From: an uncultured virus (IMG/VR IMGVR_UViG_3300035698_004319)
Lineage: Duplodnaviria; Heunggongvirae; Uroviricota; Caudoviricetes
DNA length: 64,000 nucleotides
Virus record (IMG/VR): IMGVR_UViG_3300035698_004319
Direction: 5' to 3' (one strand)
Shown here: in pieces, positions 36,200-46,148 of the stretch
How positions within the stretch are numbered: position 1 is the stretch's first letter
Layout of the letters: every line of letters begins with the position of its first letter
Position numbers and translations under genes: made by a program
Notes under the pieces: model-generated
Told to the model about the DNA's origin: nothing
What the model saw: only the letters and a program-made list of their open reading frames with translations
Database searches by the model: none

Positions 36200-36334
36200 A
36201 TGAAAAATTGTCAAAATTGCGGACATTCTTGTCATTGTGAAGAAATTTGTACTCAAAAAGTAATAAATGAGTTCAATGAATCATATGAAATTGAGTGTTG
36301 TAAAAATTGTCGTCATAATGAGGAAGAAAAATAA
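36200..36334 (+). CDS. Metallothionein-like Cys/His-rich peptide, not in ORF track
   Basis: MKNCQNCGHSCHCEEIC...ECCKNCRH; 44 aa, 8 Cys; TAATG-coupled. Confidence 0.6.
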   Translation: MKNCQNCGHSCHCEEICTQKVINEFNESYEIECCKNCRHNEEEK

Positions 36335-36462
36335 TGGCTAAAAAAAGTAATACAGTAAGTGCCTTCAAAAAAGAAGGTAGAAGAAAGAAAAGAACAGGTC
36401 GTCATTCAAAAGCCCACAAAGGACCTAAAAAATCTGAAAGAGGCCAAGGTACACCAAGATAA
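36334..36462 (+). CDS. Small highly basic peptide ending RGQG.., not in ORF track
   Basis: MAKKSNTVSAFKKEGRRKKRTGRHSK...RGQGTPR; coupled to PAAR gene. Confidence 0.65.
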   Translation: MAKKSNTVSAFKKEGRRKKRTGRHSKAHKGPKKSERGQGTPR

Positions 36463-36761
36463 TGCCGGCTATTTGTAGAGAAGGCGACAGTTTATCAACA
36501 GGACACGTTTGTACCAGTGTAACAACACTAGATGTTCCTGGCCAATCTACAGTAAAAGCTAATGGAATATTAATTGCGAGAGTTGGAGATCCAACAGTGT
36601 CACATACACATCCTCCAGCACCACCTTGCCCACCACACGTAGCATATGTAAATATTGGTTCGCCTACTGTTCGTATTGCTGGCGCTTTTGTAGCAAGAGT
36701 AGGAGATAGTGCAGATAGTGGGCAAATGATTTCAGGTTCTTCCAATATCCGTGTTGGTTAG
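36462..36761 (+). CDS. PAAR spike-tip protein (gp5.4-like)
   Basis: R.GD...TGH, V..NG...ARVGD...H, GS.TV.I.G..ARVGD. Confidence 0.9.
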   Translation: MPAICREGDSLSTGHVCTSVTTLDVPGQSTVKANGILIARVGDPTVSHTHPPAPPCPPHVAYVNIGSPTVRIAGAFVARVGDSADSGQMISGSSNIRVG

Positions 36762-36763
36762 TG

Positions 36764-36771
36764 TATAAATA
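36764..36771 (+). promoter_or_regulatory. T4-type late promoter; further intergenic TATAAATA at 41663, 44916, 46114, 54549, 60029, 61718, 62315
   Basis: TATAAATA recurs immediately upstream of structural genes. Confidence 0.75.
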
Positions 36772-36779
36772 TTAGTATT

Positions 36780-37205
36780 ATGCCAAATTACGATTCCGCT
36801 AGTTTAAATAAAAGTAAAAGAGCTACAGTTAAATATAAAGATATTGACTTGGACTTTGGTCGTAATATAGTAACTAATGATATTAATACTTTAACCAATA
36901 TTGAAGCGGTGAAAAGAAGTGTTAGAAATTTAATTAACACTTCTCATTATGATAGACCTTTTCATCCGGAAATTGGTTCAAGTATAAGAGCAATGTTATT
37001 TGAACCTATAACACCCTTAACTGCTTTGAATTTGCAAAGAAAATGTGAAGAAGTTTTGGTTAACTTTGAACCTAGAATTAGATTAACACAAATAACTGCT
37101 AATCCTGATATTGATAGAAACTCATATGGTGTCAGAATTTATTTTTATGTTGTCGGCACAACAGAATTAGTACAAGTAGAAACATTTTTAGAAAGATTAA
37201 GATAA
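36780..37205 (+). CDS. gp25: Baseplate wedge subunit
   Basis: Y.D.DL.F, AVKRSVRNLI.T...RPF.P..G..I..LFE, FEPR. Confidence 0.92.
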   Translation: MPNYDSASLNKSKRATVKYKDIDLDFGRNIVTNDINTLTNIEAVKRSVRNLINTSHYDRPFHPEIGSSIRAMLFEPITPLTALNLQRKCEEVLVNFEPRIRLTQITANPDIDRNSYGVRIYFYVVGTTELVQVETFLERLR

Positions 37206-37206
37206 T

Positions 37207-39069
37207 ATGGCAAGTAACAAATTAAACGTATCAGATTTTGACTTTGACGCAGTTAAAGCTAATTTAAAAACCTTTTTACAAAGTCAATCAGAATTTCAGG
37301 ATTACAATTTTGAAGGATCTGGCTTTGCCGTTCTTTTAGACACATTAGCATACAACACACACTACCTAGGTTTCAATGCTAATATGTTAGCAAACGAAAT
37401 GTATTTAGATAGTGCTGATATTAGAAAGAATATTGTTTCATTAGCAAAGATGTTAGGATATGTTCCAACTTCCGTGAGAACATCAACAACAAATGTTGAC
37501 ATAACTATAAATGACGCTACAGGTTCTTCTGTAACTATGGCAAAGGGAACTGTATTCAATACAACAGTTGATGGAGTATCTTATCAATTTGTAACAAATG
37601 AAACTAGTCTAACTTCTCCACTAGATGGAATTTATAAATTTTCAAATGTAACTCTTTATGAGGGAACTCCGGTTAGTTTTAGATATACAGCTGACGTAAA
37701 TGATCCTGATCAAAAATTTGTAATACCTTCCGAATTTGCTGACACATCTACTCTAGTTGTTAAAGTTCAAAATAGTTCAAGTGATAGCACAACATCAACT
37801 TATACATTAGCTACAAGTTTATCAGAAATTGCCTCAACAACAAAAGCATATTTCTTACAAGAAGGCGATGATGGAAAATTTCAAGTTTATTTTGGCGATG
37901 GAATTATAGGCCAAGAATTAGTAGATGGTAACATTGTTATAATAGAATATATTGTTTCAAATGTTGACGCAGCTAATGGTGCAAACACATTTACACCACA
38001 ATCAAATGTGGGAGGTTTTACAAATATTTCTGTAACAACCAATTCATCATCACAAGGTGGAACGCCTGCTCAAACAAAAGAGTCGGTAAGAATAAACGCA
38101 CCTTTAAGTTATTCAGCACAGAACAGAGCAGTTACGACATCCGATTATGAAACTCTAGTACAACAAATTTATCCTAATGCACAATCAGTCAGTGCTTGGG
38201 GAGGTGAAGATGATGAAACGCCAATTTATGGAGTTGTAAAAATTGCAATTAAAGCGTCTTCAGGTTCTACATTAACTACATCAACAAAGGCAAGTATTGT
38301 TGCTCAGTTAAAAAAATATAATGTAGCCTCTATAAGACCAGAAATTGTTGATCCGGAAACTACATCTATACTATTAACATCTACTATTAAGTTTGATGAA
38401 AAAGCAACAACCAAAACTTCGGCAACTTTAAAATCAAATGTTATTACAGCATTGACAGATTATAATACAAATACATTATCACGTTTTGATGGGGTGTTTA
38501 GATATTCTAAAGTTACAGGTTTAATTGATGATACGGATACAAGTATTATTTCCAACATAACTACATTAAGAATTAGAAAATCATTTTTACCTACATTAAA
38601 TTCTTCAACAAGATATGATATATATTTTAGAAATGGACTTTATAATCCACATACCGGCCACAAGTCAGCTTCTGGAGGTATTTTAGAAACTTCAGGTTTC
38701 AAAATTGATGGAGATGTAACAACTGTTTATTACCTTGATGATGACGGGGCAGGTAGTGTTAGAAGATATTACTTAACAGGTTCAGTTAGAAATTATGCCG
38801 ATTCTAGTCAAGGAACAATTGATTATAACACAGGCCAAATAACTATTAATTCTTTAAATGTTGCTTCGGTTGAAAACATTAGAGGGGCAGCTTCTACTGT
38901 TATTGAATTGACCGTACACCCAAACTCAAACGATATTATTCCTGTAAGAGATCAAGTTTTGGAAATTGATATTGAAAATTCGACCATCAATGTTCAAGCA
39001 GACACTTTTGTTGGAGGTTCTGCTGACGCAGGCGTAGGGTATTCATCAGCTTCAAGTTACAATACATAA
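37207..39069 (+). CDS. gp6: Baseplate wedge subunit
   Basis: DFD.IK.NLK.FL..Q.EF.DY.FEGS...LLD.LAYNTHY, LDSA..R, QNRAVT..DY. Confidence 0.95.
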   Translation: MASNKLNVSDFDFDAVKANLKTFLQSQSEFQDYNFEGSGFAVLLDTLAYNTHYLGFNANMLANEMYLDSADIRKNIVSLAKMLGYVPTSVRTSTTNVDITINDATGSSVTMAKGTVFNTTVDGVSYQFVTNETSLTSPLDGIYKFSNVTLYEGTPVSFRYTADVNDPDQKFVIPSEFADTSTLVVKVQNSSSDSTTSTYTLATSLSEIASTTKAYFLQEGDDGKFQVYFGDGIIGQELVDGNIVIIEYIVSNVDAANGANTFTPQSNVGGFTNISVTTNSSSQGGTPAQTKESVRINAPLSYSAQNRAVTTSDYETLVQQIYPNAQSVSAWGGEDDETPIYGVVKIAIKASSGSTLTTSTKASIVAQLKKYNVASIRPEIVDPETTSILLTSTIKFDEKATTKTSATLKSNVITALTDYNTNTLSRFDGVFRYSKVTGLIDDTDTSIISNITTLRIRKSFLPTLNSSTRYDIYFRNGLYNPHTGHKSASGGILETSGFKIDGDVTTVYYLDDDGAGSVRRYYLTGSVRNYADSSQGTIDYNTGQITINSLNVASVENIRGAASTVIELTVHPNSNDIIPVRDQVLEIDIENSTINVQADTFVGGSADAGVGYSSASSYNT

Positions 39070-39081
39070 GGATAATATCAG

Positions 39082-41655
39082 ATGGCAAAATTTACTGATA
39101 AAATATCCTCCCTCATTCAATCACAAGTTCCTGATTTTGTAGTTGATGACCATCCAAAATTTATACAATTCTTAAAAACATACTATACCTTTTTAGAAGC
39201 TTCAGAATTAGCTGTAACTTCGGTGGAAACAACTGACGGAATATTATTAGAAACCGAAACAAATCAAAACAATCAATTGTTATTGGACGGTTCTCGTATT
39301 GATGCAGGTAGAACACAATTAGATTCTGGGGATAAATTACTTTTAGAAAGTTCTGCCTTTGGTAAATTCACAAGAGGCGAAACAGTTACAGGACAAACTT
39401 CGGGTGCAACATCAACTGTATTAGCTGAAGACTTAGATAACGGCAGATTATTCATATCAGCACAAGATAAATTTATAATAGGAGAAACAATTTTAGGTTC
39501 TAGTTCTACAGCTAGTGCTATTGTAGATAATTATAAACCGAATCCGGTACAGACTATACAAGAATTATTAAATTTTAGAGATCCTGATAAAGTTATATCA
39601 AACTTCTTGTCCAATTTTAGAAATGAAATATTAAATACAATACCAAATACTCTAGTAAGTGGATTAAATAAAAGATCATTAATTAAAAATGTTAAATCAT
39701 TATATCGTACTAAAGGTACAAATCAAGGTCATCAAATATTTTTTAGATTATTGTTTGGCGAAGAATCTCAAACAACTTATCCTAGAGAAAATCTTTTAAG
39801 AGTATCCGATGGTAAATGGAATACATCAAAAATTTTAAGGGCTATTGCTACTACGGGAGAAACATCCGATTTAATTGGCAGAACAATTACAGGACTGTCT
39901 TCAAATGCAACAGCTATTATTGAAAACGTTTTTAAATTTCAAATCGGCGATAGTGAAGTATCAGAATTTATTTTAAACGAAGATACTCTTTTCGGAACTT
40001 TTACTATTGGAGAAGAAATTAGATCCACAGCCAGTGATACGGATGATGTTTTTATTAAAGCAATTATAACAGGTATTCCTAATACCCCTACTGTAACTAA
40101 TGATGGATCATTATATTCTATAGGCGATAATGTTAGTATAACTTCTGGAGGCCAAGGTGCATTAATTCAAGTTGGTGATGTTGGTCGTGGAGGTATTACA
40201 GAAATAATTATAGATGACGCTGGAACAAGTTATGAAATTGGAGATGCTATTATATTCACCAATACAAATACAGGCGGAGGTTCCGCTTCAGCAAAAGTTA
40301 GGATTGTTAATGGAGGGTTTTCTAATGAAGACGATTTAGGAAATAGAATTGTTTTAGAAGATGAAACTACAAGAGGAGATCCTTATACAGGAAATGTAAT
40401 TGTACAAGAATCTGCTACAGGTAACGGAGATATAACCGATATCAGAATAGTTAATAAAGGTTCAAATTACCTATCTTTACCTACAGTAACAGTTGATGAT
40501 TCAAATGGCTCAGGTGCTGTAGTTAAAGCATACGGCTCAGGAATAGGAAGAGTTTTATCATTAAAACTTATTGAGGCAGGAAAAGGTTATGAAGAATCTC
40601 CTTCTCCTCCAAGTTTATCTCTTCCAACAAGAGTGTTAGTCATAGATCAAAGTGGAAACTTTCAATCAGGAGAAACGGTAACAGGATTAAATTCAGACTC
40701 TACACAAATAACAGCAACATTTTCTTCTGTAGATAATACTACAAATATTCTAACACTTACAAACGCTTCAGGTATTTTTGCTGAAGACACTATTATTACA
40801 GGTTCGTCCTCTTCCAGTTATGCAACTATCAAAAAAGTTGACCAAGCAACAGCAACAACTAATGTTATACCCGTTTTAGATACTGCCGGGAATTACATTA
40901 ATCAGGATGGTCACGCTTCTGAAGCTACAATGAAAGTACAAGACAGTTTATTGTATCAGGATTTTTCTTACATTATTAAAGTTGGTCGTTCTATTAATGA
41001 TTGGAGAGATTCTTTCAAACAAACAATGCACAGTGCTGGTTTTTATTTTACTGGCCAAGTTAATATTCAGTCACAAGTTAATGCTCAACTTAGAAATATT
41101 ACAGGAATTAATTCTGGAGAAATTGACACACCAATTTCTAGTGTACTTAACACATTATTCTCTACTATCTTTGGTAGACGATTAGGTACGACAACAGATG
41201 GTACATCGCTAAATGCAACTCCTAAATTAGGAAGAGATCCTTTATTTGATGATAGTACGACAGATTTCTTCACTCCAAATACTAGAGATGTAACTTTAAA
41301 TCAACATATTACTTTACGAAACGCTGGTGGTATTATAAAAGAGTTAATTGACATAAGAGGTAATACAACAAAATATGGTAGAGCGGTTGCTGGTCCTACC
41401 CTCTTTAGTGTTAATAAATTGATATTAGGTGACGCATATGCACACCAAATACAAATACAAGATTTACAGAATTTGAGATTGGAAGGAACATTAAATAGCT
41501 CTATTGACGGGGAATTGAATAATCTATCAGATTTCAATTATAAAGTTAAAACAAGTTTTGCGATACCAACCGAGGTGTGGCAAATATCTAGTGATAGTTT
41601 TGATGAAACTCTGGATACATTTGATGAAACTGGAATTACTTTTGACGCCGCTTAA
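39082..41655 (+). CDS. Baseplate wedge initiator (gp7-like)
   Basis: Q.P.F....P.F..FLK.YY, LY..KGT.....FF..LF, QDS..YQDFSY; follows gp6. Confidence 0.7.
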   Translation: MAKFTDKISSLIQSQVPDFVVDDHPKFIQFLKTYYTFLEASELAVTSVETTDGILLETETNQNNQLLLDGSRIDAGRTQLDSGDKLLLESSAFGKFTRGETVTGQTSGATSTVLAEDLDNGRLFISAQDKFIIGETILGSSSTASAIVDNYKPNPVQTIQELLNFRDPDKVISNFLSNFRNEILNTIPNTLVSGLNKRSLIKNVKSLYRTKGTNQGHQIFFRLLFGEESQTTYPRENLLRVSDGKWNTSKILRAIATTGETSDLIGRTITGLSSNATAIIENVFKFQIGDSEVSEFILNEDTLFGTFTIGEEIRSTASDTDDVFIKAIITGIPNTPTVTNDGSLYSIGDNVSITSGGQGALIQVGDVGRGGITEIIIDDAGTSYEIGDAIIFTNTNTGGGSASAKVRIVNGGFSNEDDLGNRIVLEDETTRGDPYTGNVIVQESATGNGDITDIRIVNKGSNYLSLPTVTVDDSNGSGAVVKAYGSGIGRVLSLKLIEAGKGYEESPSPPSLSLPTRVLVIDQSGNFQSGETVTGLNSDSTQITATFSSVDNTTNILTLTNASGIFAEDTIITGSSSSSYATIKKVDQATATTNVIPVLDTAGNYINQDGHASEATMKVQDSLLYQDFSYIIKVGRSINDWRDSFKQTMHSAGFYFTGQVNIQSQVNAQLRNITGINSGEIDTPISSVLNTLFSTIFGRRLGTTTDGTSLNATPKLGRDPLFDDSTTDFFTPNTRDVTLNQHITLRNAGGIIKELIDIRGNTTKYGRAVAGPTLFSVNKLILGDAYAHQIQIQDLQNLRLEGTLNSSIDGELNNLSDFNYKVKTSFAIPTEVWQISSDSFDETLDTFDETGITFDAA

Positions 41656-41657
41656 AA

Positions 41658-41825
41658 ATGATTATAAATAGTACAGAAGATATTATAGTAACAGTAAACG
41701 ATAAAATATTGAAGGTTAAGGAAGACTATATTATTGAAGATAATTCTTTAATTTTTACGTGTCCTCCTGAATCTAATGATGTGATATCAATAAAAAAGAA
41801 AACAGATGACAAAACAGACTATTAA
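41658..41825 (+). CDS. Small beta-domain ORF (V.VN....DY.I....F..PP..D.I), not in ORF track
   Basis: 55 aa resembling the adaptor domains of 42935, 44940 and 54986. Confidence 0.4.
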   Translation: MIINSTEDIIVTVNDKILKVKEDYIIEDNSLIFTCPPESNDVISIKKKTDDKTDY

Positions 41826-42600
41826 TGTAGGCTCAACGGCAAATGACGGTACGGGTAGTACCATACGTGCTGGTGGTCAAATAGCAAATTCAAATTTTAC
41901 AGAAATTTATAATGCCATCGGTGATGGTACTACAATACAGTTTGATATTGCAGGTGCAACTAGTGGTCAAACACTGGTCTATAATGCTGGAACAAATAAA
42001 TTTGAACCTGGAACTGGCGGTGCTTTTACCGTTGCTGGTGATAGTGGTTCAAATCAATCAATTGCTCCAGGCAACATTTTTAGGGTACAAGGTGGTACAG
42101 GTATTGCTACGGCTGGAGTTAATACAGATATTGTATCAGTAGCGATAGATTCAACAGTAGCTACTTTGATAGGATCTCAAACTTTAACTAATAAGAATTT
42201 AACTAGTGCAACTAATACTTTTCCTACTATATCTTTTTTAGATGACAGTTCAACAGTAAAACAGATATCATTAGGTGGAACATTTCAAATTTCAGGTGGT
42301 TCAGGAATTACAGCAGTTTTAACTGGAAGTAATACATTGGAAATATCTACAGACGGTTCGATTGTAACAGAAACATCTACAGATACATTAACAAACAAAT
42401 CAATAGATTCAGATAATAATACTATTACTAATATAGTTAATGCTGATATTAAATCTAGTGCAGCTATTGACGCTAGTAAGATACACGATGGATCTATATC
42501 AAATACCGAATTTAGTTACTTAAATGGAGTAACTTCAAACATACAAGATCAGATAAATGCTGCTGGCTTAGCATTTGCTATCGCATTAGGAGGAGAATAA
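41806..42600 (+). CDS. Baseplate-attached fibre connector (gp9/gp10-like N-terminus)
   Basis: KQ.IN.G..ANDGTG...R......N.NF.E.Y; C-terminal AIALG. Confidence 0.7.
   Translation: MTKQTINVGSTANDGTGSTIRAGGQIANSNFTEIYNAIGDGTTIQFDIAGATSGQTLVYNAGTNKFEPGTGGAFTVAGDSGSNQSIAPGNIFRVQGGTGIATAGVNTDIVSVAIDSTVATLIGSQTLTNKNLTSATNTFPTISFLDDSSTVKQISLGGTFQISGGSGITAVLTGSNTLEISTDGSIVTETSTDTLTNKSIDSDNNTITNIVNADIKSSAAIDASKIHDGSISNTEFSYLNGVTSNIQDQINAAGLAFAIALGGE
42391..42473 (+). repeat. 83-bp exact direct repeat, copy 1 (copy 2 at 62081-62163)
   Basis: ACAAACAAATCAATAGATTC...GCAGCTATTGACGC identical in both places. Confidence 0.9.
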
Positions 42601-42604
42601 ATAA

Positions 42605-42925
42605 ATGGCTAATAACTTTAATGATGTTCAAGCTACTATATCAAATGGTGCTCTTACAGATGTTTATACAGCAACAAGCAAAACGCTGGTAGTTAGTGGT
42701 ACAATTGCCAATACTACAACAACATCTCTAACGATTACAATTAAAAAAATGGACGCTACAACATCAACTAGTTTTATCATCATTGAGGATGCTCCACTTA
42801 TACCTGGTTCAGCTTTCAAATTACCGAAAATTGTTTTACAAGCATCGGATAAAGTGCAAGTTCTATCAAGTGATTCAAGTGGAAATATTGATGTGAATTT
42901 ACAACTATTAGAATCAGTAGGATAA
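42605..42925 (+). CDS. Virion structural protein (MAN.F type)
   Basis: Similar to 54590; follows an AIALG-ending gene. Confidence 0.6.
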   Translation: MANNFNDVQATISNGALTDVYTATSKTLVVSGTIANTTTTSLTITIKKMDATTSTSFIIIEDAPLIPGSAFKLPKIVLQASDKVQVLSSDSSGNIDVNLQLLESVG

Positions 42926-42934
42926 ATAAAATAA

Positions 42935-43774
42935 ATGAGTTACCTAGGACAAATACCACAAAGCAACTTTGTTACCAAACAGAGTCAAACTTTTACACCT
43001 GATGGATCTACAACATCTTTCAGTTTAAATTTTAGTGTGAGTTCTGGTGTTGACATAATGTTGGTAATTAATAATGTGATACAAGAATCAGGTGCTGGAA
43101 AAGCTTTCACAGCTACGGGAACAACCCTTACTATGTCAGCTGCTCCTGCTAGTGTGGATTCTATGTACTGTATTTTCTTAGGTCTTGCTTTACAAACAAT
43201 AAACCCAGGGGCTAATTCTGTTGGCGTATCTCAAATCAGTGATGACGCTGTTACTACAGGTAAGATAATAGATGGTGCTGTAACAAGTGCTAAAATAAAT
43301 AGTTCGGTAGTTTTAGGAATTGCAGAAGCAGACCAATGGAGATTAACAACAAGTTTTACTGGCGATGCCAATCCAATAGCTTCAAATTGGGAAAGAACAG
43401 ATACCTCTGGTTGGGGTAATATTGGAACAGGAATGACAGAATCATCTGGAATATTTACTTTTCCATCAACAGGAGTTTATCTTGTTTCTTTTAATTTTTA
43501 TGGAAGTGCAACAGTAGCTCAATTATATGCTACTGCAAGTATAGAAGTAACCACTAATAATTCTAGCTATGCCCCAGCTAGTTATGCAGATACTCAATTT
43601 TATGGTGGAACTTCTTATAATTCATCTATGAGCCAATACTTTGTTGATGTTACAGATGTTGCTAATGTTAAAGTAAGATTTGTTATAGATGCTGTAGGTA
43701 CAAGTACAACAACAATAGGTAGTTCTACTAACACAGGAACTGGTGTAACATTTATAAGATTAGGAGCAACATAG
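42935..43774 (+). CDS. Tail fibre / receptor-binding module 1
   Basis: MSYLG..P...DGSTT.F.L adaptor; VT..KI repeats; C1q-like head (SSGIFTFPSTG.Y). Confidence 0.65.
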   Translation: MSYLGQIPQSNFVTKQSQTFTPDGSTTSFSLNFSVSSGVDIMLVINNVIQESGAGKAFTATGTTLTMSAAPASVDSMYCIFLGLALQTINPGANSVGVSQISDDAVTTGKIIDGAVTSAKINSSVVLGIAEADQWRLTTSFTGDANPIASNWERTDTSGWGNIGTGMTESSGIFTFPSTGVYLVSFNFYGSATVAQLYATASIEVTTNNSSYAPASYADTQFYGGTSYNSSMSQYFVDVTDVANVKVRFVIDAVGTSTTTIGSSTNTGTGVTFIRLGAT

Positions 43775-43775
43775 A

Positions 43776-44054
43776 ATGAGACCAACACATATAGAAGATT
43801 ATTTAGTTAGCTTACATTCTGGACAATGGTTTGGTTGGAGTGATTCTAAAAATAAAATTTATAGCAATTTAATTATATTAGATGATACTAAAGATAAACC
43901 TAGTGAAAGCGATTGCACAACTGGTTTAGCAACTTTGCAATCTGATTATGATACAGCAGAAACAAATGCGACAACTAAAAAAGCCTCTGGCAAACAAAAG
44001 TTACTAGACTTAGGATTATCCGAAGAAGAAGTTAAAGCACTAATAGGAATATAA
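43776..44054 (+). CDS. Small fibre-associated/chaperone protein
   Basis: Ends KASGKQKLLDLGLSEEEVKAL, shared with 45764. Confidence 0.6.
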   Translation: MRPTHIEDYLVSLHSGQWFGWSDSKNKIYSNLIILDDTKDKPSESDCTTGLATLQSDYDTAETNATTKKASGKQKLLDLGLSEEEVKALIGI

Positions 44055-44063
44055 AAATATGGC
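43986..44063 (+). repeat. 78-bp exact direct repeat, copy 1 (copy 2 at 45971-46048)
   Basis: Spans the end of a chaperone gene, its stop, the spacer and the next ATGGC. Confidence 0.9.
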
Positions 44064-44556
44064 AATAACAAAAGTACAATCAGAGGGCATTAACCTAGCA
44101 GACGACTTTACTTTCACAGGTACAGTTGCTGGTACAGTAACTAATACTCCAGCTTTTCAAGCATATAAATCTTCAAGTCAATCTATTGGTGATTCCGCAG
44201 AAACTAAAGTTACATTTGATACAGAAACTTTAGATACAGATAGTGCTTTTGCTTCTTCAACTTTTACAGTTCCATCAGGAAAAAATGGTAAATATTTTAT
44301 ATATGCTCAATTACAACTAGATACTGGTTCAGGTGCTACTTTTTTTGTAAGCATTTTCAAAAATGGTGCTGAGGTTTTTGCTAAACGAATGACCAGTGAT
44401 GGTGCTAATAGAAAAAGTCCAGCTGTTTCAGCAGTAATTAGTTTAGTAGCAACTGATACAGTTGACATTTATACTTATCAAAATAGTGGCACATCAAAGG
44501 ATGTTGATGGTGCAAATAAAAGAACACATTTTGGTGGATACAAACTAGTAGGATAA
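44059..44556 (+). CDS. C1q-like fibre head protein
   Basis: PAF.A......Q......KV.FD.E..DTD.AF....FTVP....GKY. Confidence 0.7.
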   Translation: MAITKVQSEGINLADDFTFTGTVAGTVTNTPAFQAYKSSSQSIGDSAETKVTFDTETLDTDSAFASSTFTVPSGKNGKYFIYAQLQLDTGSGATFFVSIFKNGAEVFAKRMTSDGANRKSPAVSAVISLVATDTVDIYTYQNSGTSKDVDGANKRTHFGGYKLVG

Positions 44557-44582
44557 CAAATTAACAACAACGGAGTAAAACT

Positions 44583-44915
44583 ATGGCACAATTAAGTACA
44601 AAAATAAAACTCTACGCAGCCGCAAACAGCGTTGCTTCCGTAGATTTTCAAAGTGATGTACTATTGCAAGATGACAGTAATGGTTCAGGACCTTATATCA
44701 AAGAATGGAATTTAGGTATTACAGAACCAACTGCTACACAAATAGCAAGTTATGAAACTGCTGGTAACACAGTAGAAGCTAATCTTACAGTAGATAGCAC
44801 GAGAAAAGCAGCTTATGGTTCTTGGGAAACTCAACTAGAAGAAATCTATGATGATGGAATCGACAGTTGGAAAACAAGAATTGCAGGAATTAAAACAGCT
44901 AACCCAAAGAGTTAG
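44583..44915 (+). CDS. XkdW-like fibre-associated protein
   Basis: DF..DV.LQDD..G.GPYIK.WN....PT; R...Y.S...QL..IY. Confidence 0.6.
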   Translation: MAQLSTKIKLYAAANSVASVDFQSDVLLQDDSNGSGPYIKEWNLGITEPTATQIASYETAGNTVEANLTVDSTRKAAYGSWETQLEEIYDDGIDSWKTRIAGIKTANPKS

Positions 44916-44939
44916 TATAAATAATTAAAGAAAAAAATA

Positions 44940-45764
44940 ATGAGCTATTTAGGAAATCAACCAGCAATAGGAAAATTCACTTTATGTGATGACCTTACCC
45001 CTGATGGATCCACAACAACTTTCAGTTTAACTTCTTCTAGTAATGCTGTAGTTCCAGGATCGGTTAATGCTATGTTGGTTAGTATTAATGGTGTTATTCA
45101 GGCGCCAGCAACATATTCAATTAATGGTTCACAAATTATTTTTTCTACCGCTCCAGGCAGTGGAGATGTTATAGATCAAATTAGAGTTTTTGGAAGTGTA
45201 TTAAACGTAGGTACTGTTTCTGATGGTACTATTGGTCTTGCTAAACTAACAGCTACTGGTACAAAAGACGCAACTACATTTTTAAGAGGAGATAATAGTT
45301 TTGTTGTGCCAAGTGATAATGGCAAGGTTTTGCAAGTTGTTACCGCCCAAACATCAACTGAAGTTACAAATACAGGAACTTCTTATGCAACAACTGGATT
45401 GTCGGCATCGATAACACCATCTTCAAGTTCAAATAAAGTTTTAGTTTTAACAGCACAAGCATTTTCAACATTTGGAGACGGTTCATCTTCATCAGGTAGA
45501 AGGGGATTGTGTGCTTTATTTAGAGGAACAGTAGCAGGAACAAATTTACAAGCTCAATTTATTGGAATGAATATGGTTACTTCAACTACAAGTACAAATG
45601 ATAATAGTTTCAATTGTGTTTCTTTTTCTTATTTAGATAGTCCAAGCACAACTTCTTCACAAACTTACACAGTTGGAATGGCTGCATCCGGTGCTTGTGA
45701 TGTTCAAGCACAACAAGGTGGCACAGATAAAAGTACAATAACTTTATTGGAGATAGCCGGATAA
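44940..45764 (+). CDS. Tail fibre / receptor-binding module
   Basis: MSYLG adaptor; TTFLRGD; GKVLQVV...TGLSA.ITPSS.S.K.LV...DSP.TTS..TY head. Confidence 0.65.
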   Translation: MSYLGNQPAIGKFTLCDDLTPDGSTTTFSLTSSSNAVVPGSVNAMLVSINGVIQAPATYSINGSQIIFSTAPGSGDVIDQIRVFGSVLNVGTVSDGTIGLAKLTATGTKDATTFLRGDNSFVVPSDNGKVLQVVTAQTSTEVTNTGTSYATTGLSASITPSSSSNKVLVLTAQAFSTFGDGSSSSGRRGLCALFRGTVAGTNLQAQFIGMNMVTSTTSTNDNSFNCVSFSYLDSPSTTSSQTYTVGMAASGACDVQAQQGGTDKSTITLLEIAG

Positions 45765-46039
45765 TGACTAATATAGAAAAAATTTTAAAAGCAATAAGAA
45801 AAATAAATACAAATGCTGTAATGACTATTGTTGGAAGTGATATTGACACTTGCGAAATCACTTGGCTTGAAGGCACGTCAGAAATTTCTAAAGCTGATAT
45901 TAAAACACAGATACCAATTGTTGAACAAGAAGAATCTGATGGAGCAACAGCAACAGCTAATAAAAAAGCATCTGGCAAACAAAAGTTACTAGACTTAGGA
46001 TTATCCGAAGAAGAAGTTAAAGCACTAATAGGAATATAA
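45764..46039 (+). CDS. Small fibre-associated/chaperone protein
   Basis: C-terminus shared with 43776. Confidence 0.6.
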   Translation: MTNIEKILKAIRKINTNAVMTIVGSDIDTCEITWLEGTSEISKADIKTQIPIVEQEESDGATATANKKASGKQKLLDLGLSEEEVKALIGI

Positions 46040-46048
46040 AAATATGGC
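45971..46048 (+). repeat. 78-bp exact direct repeat, copy 2
   Basis: Identical to 43986-44063. Confidence 0.9.
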
Positions 46049-46148
46049 TAGAAGAAAGACAACCACTTGTAGGAAACTATTAGGAACATAATAAAAAACC
46101 ATACTAAAACTTGTATAAATAGTATTAAGGAATGAGGAAAGAAAATAA

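Noticed and set aside
46044..46091. ORF starting at the ATG in repeat copy 2
   Set aside because: Only 15 codons; treated as a recombination scar
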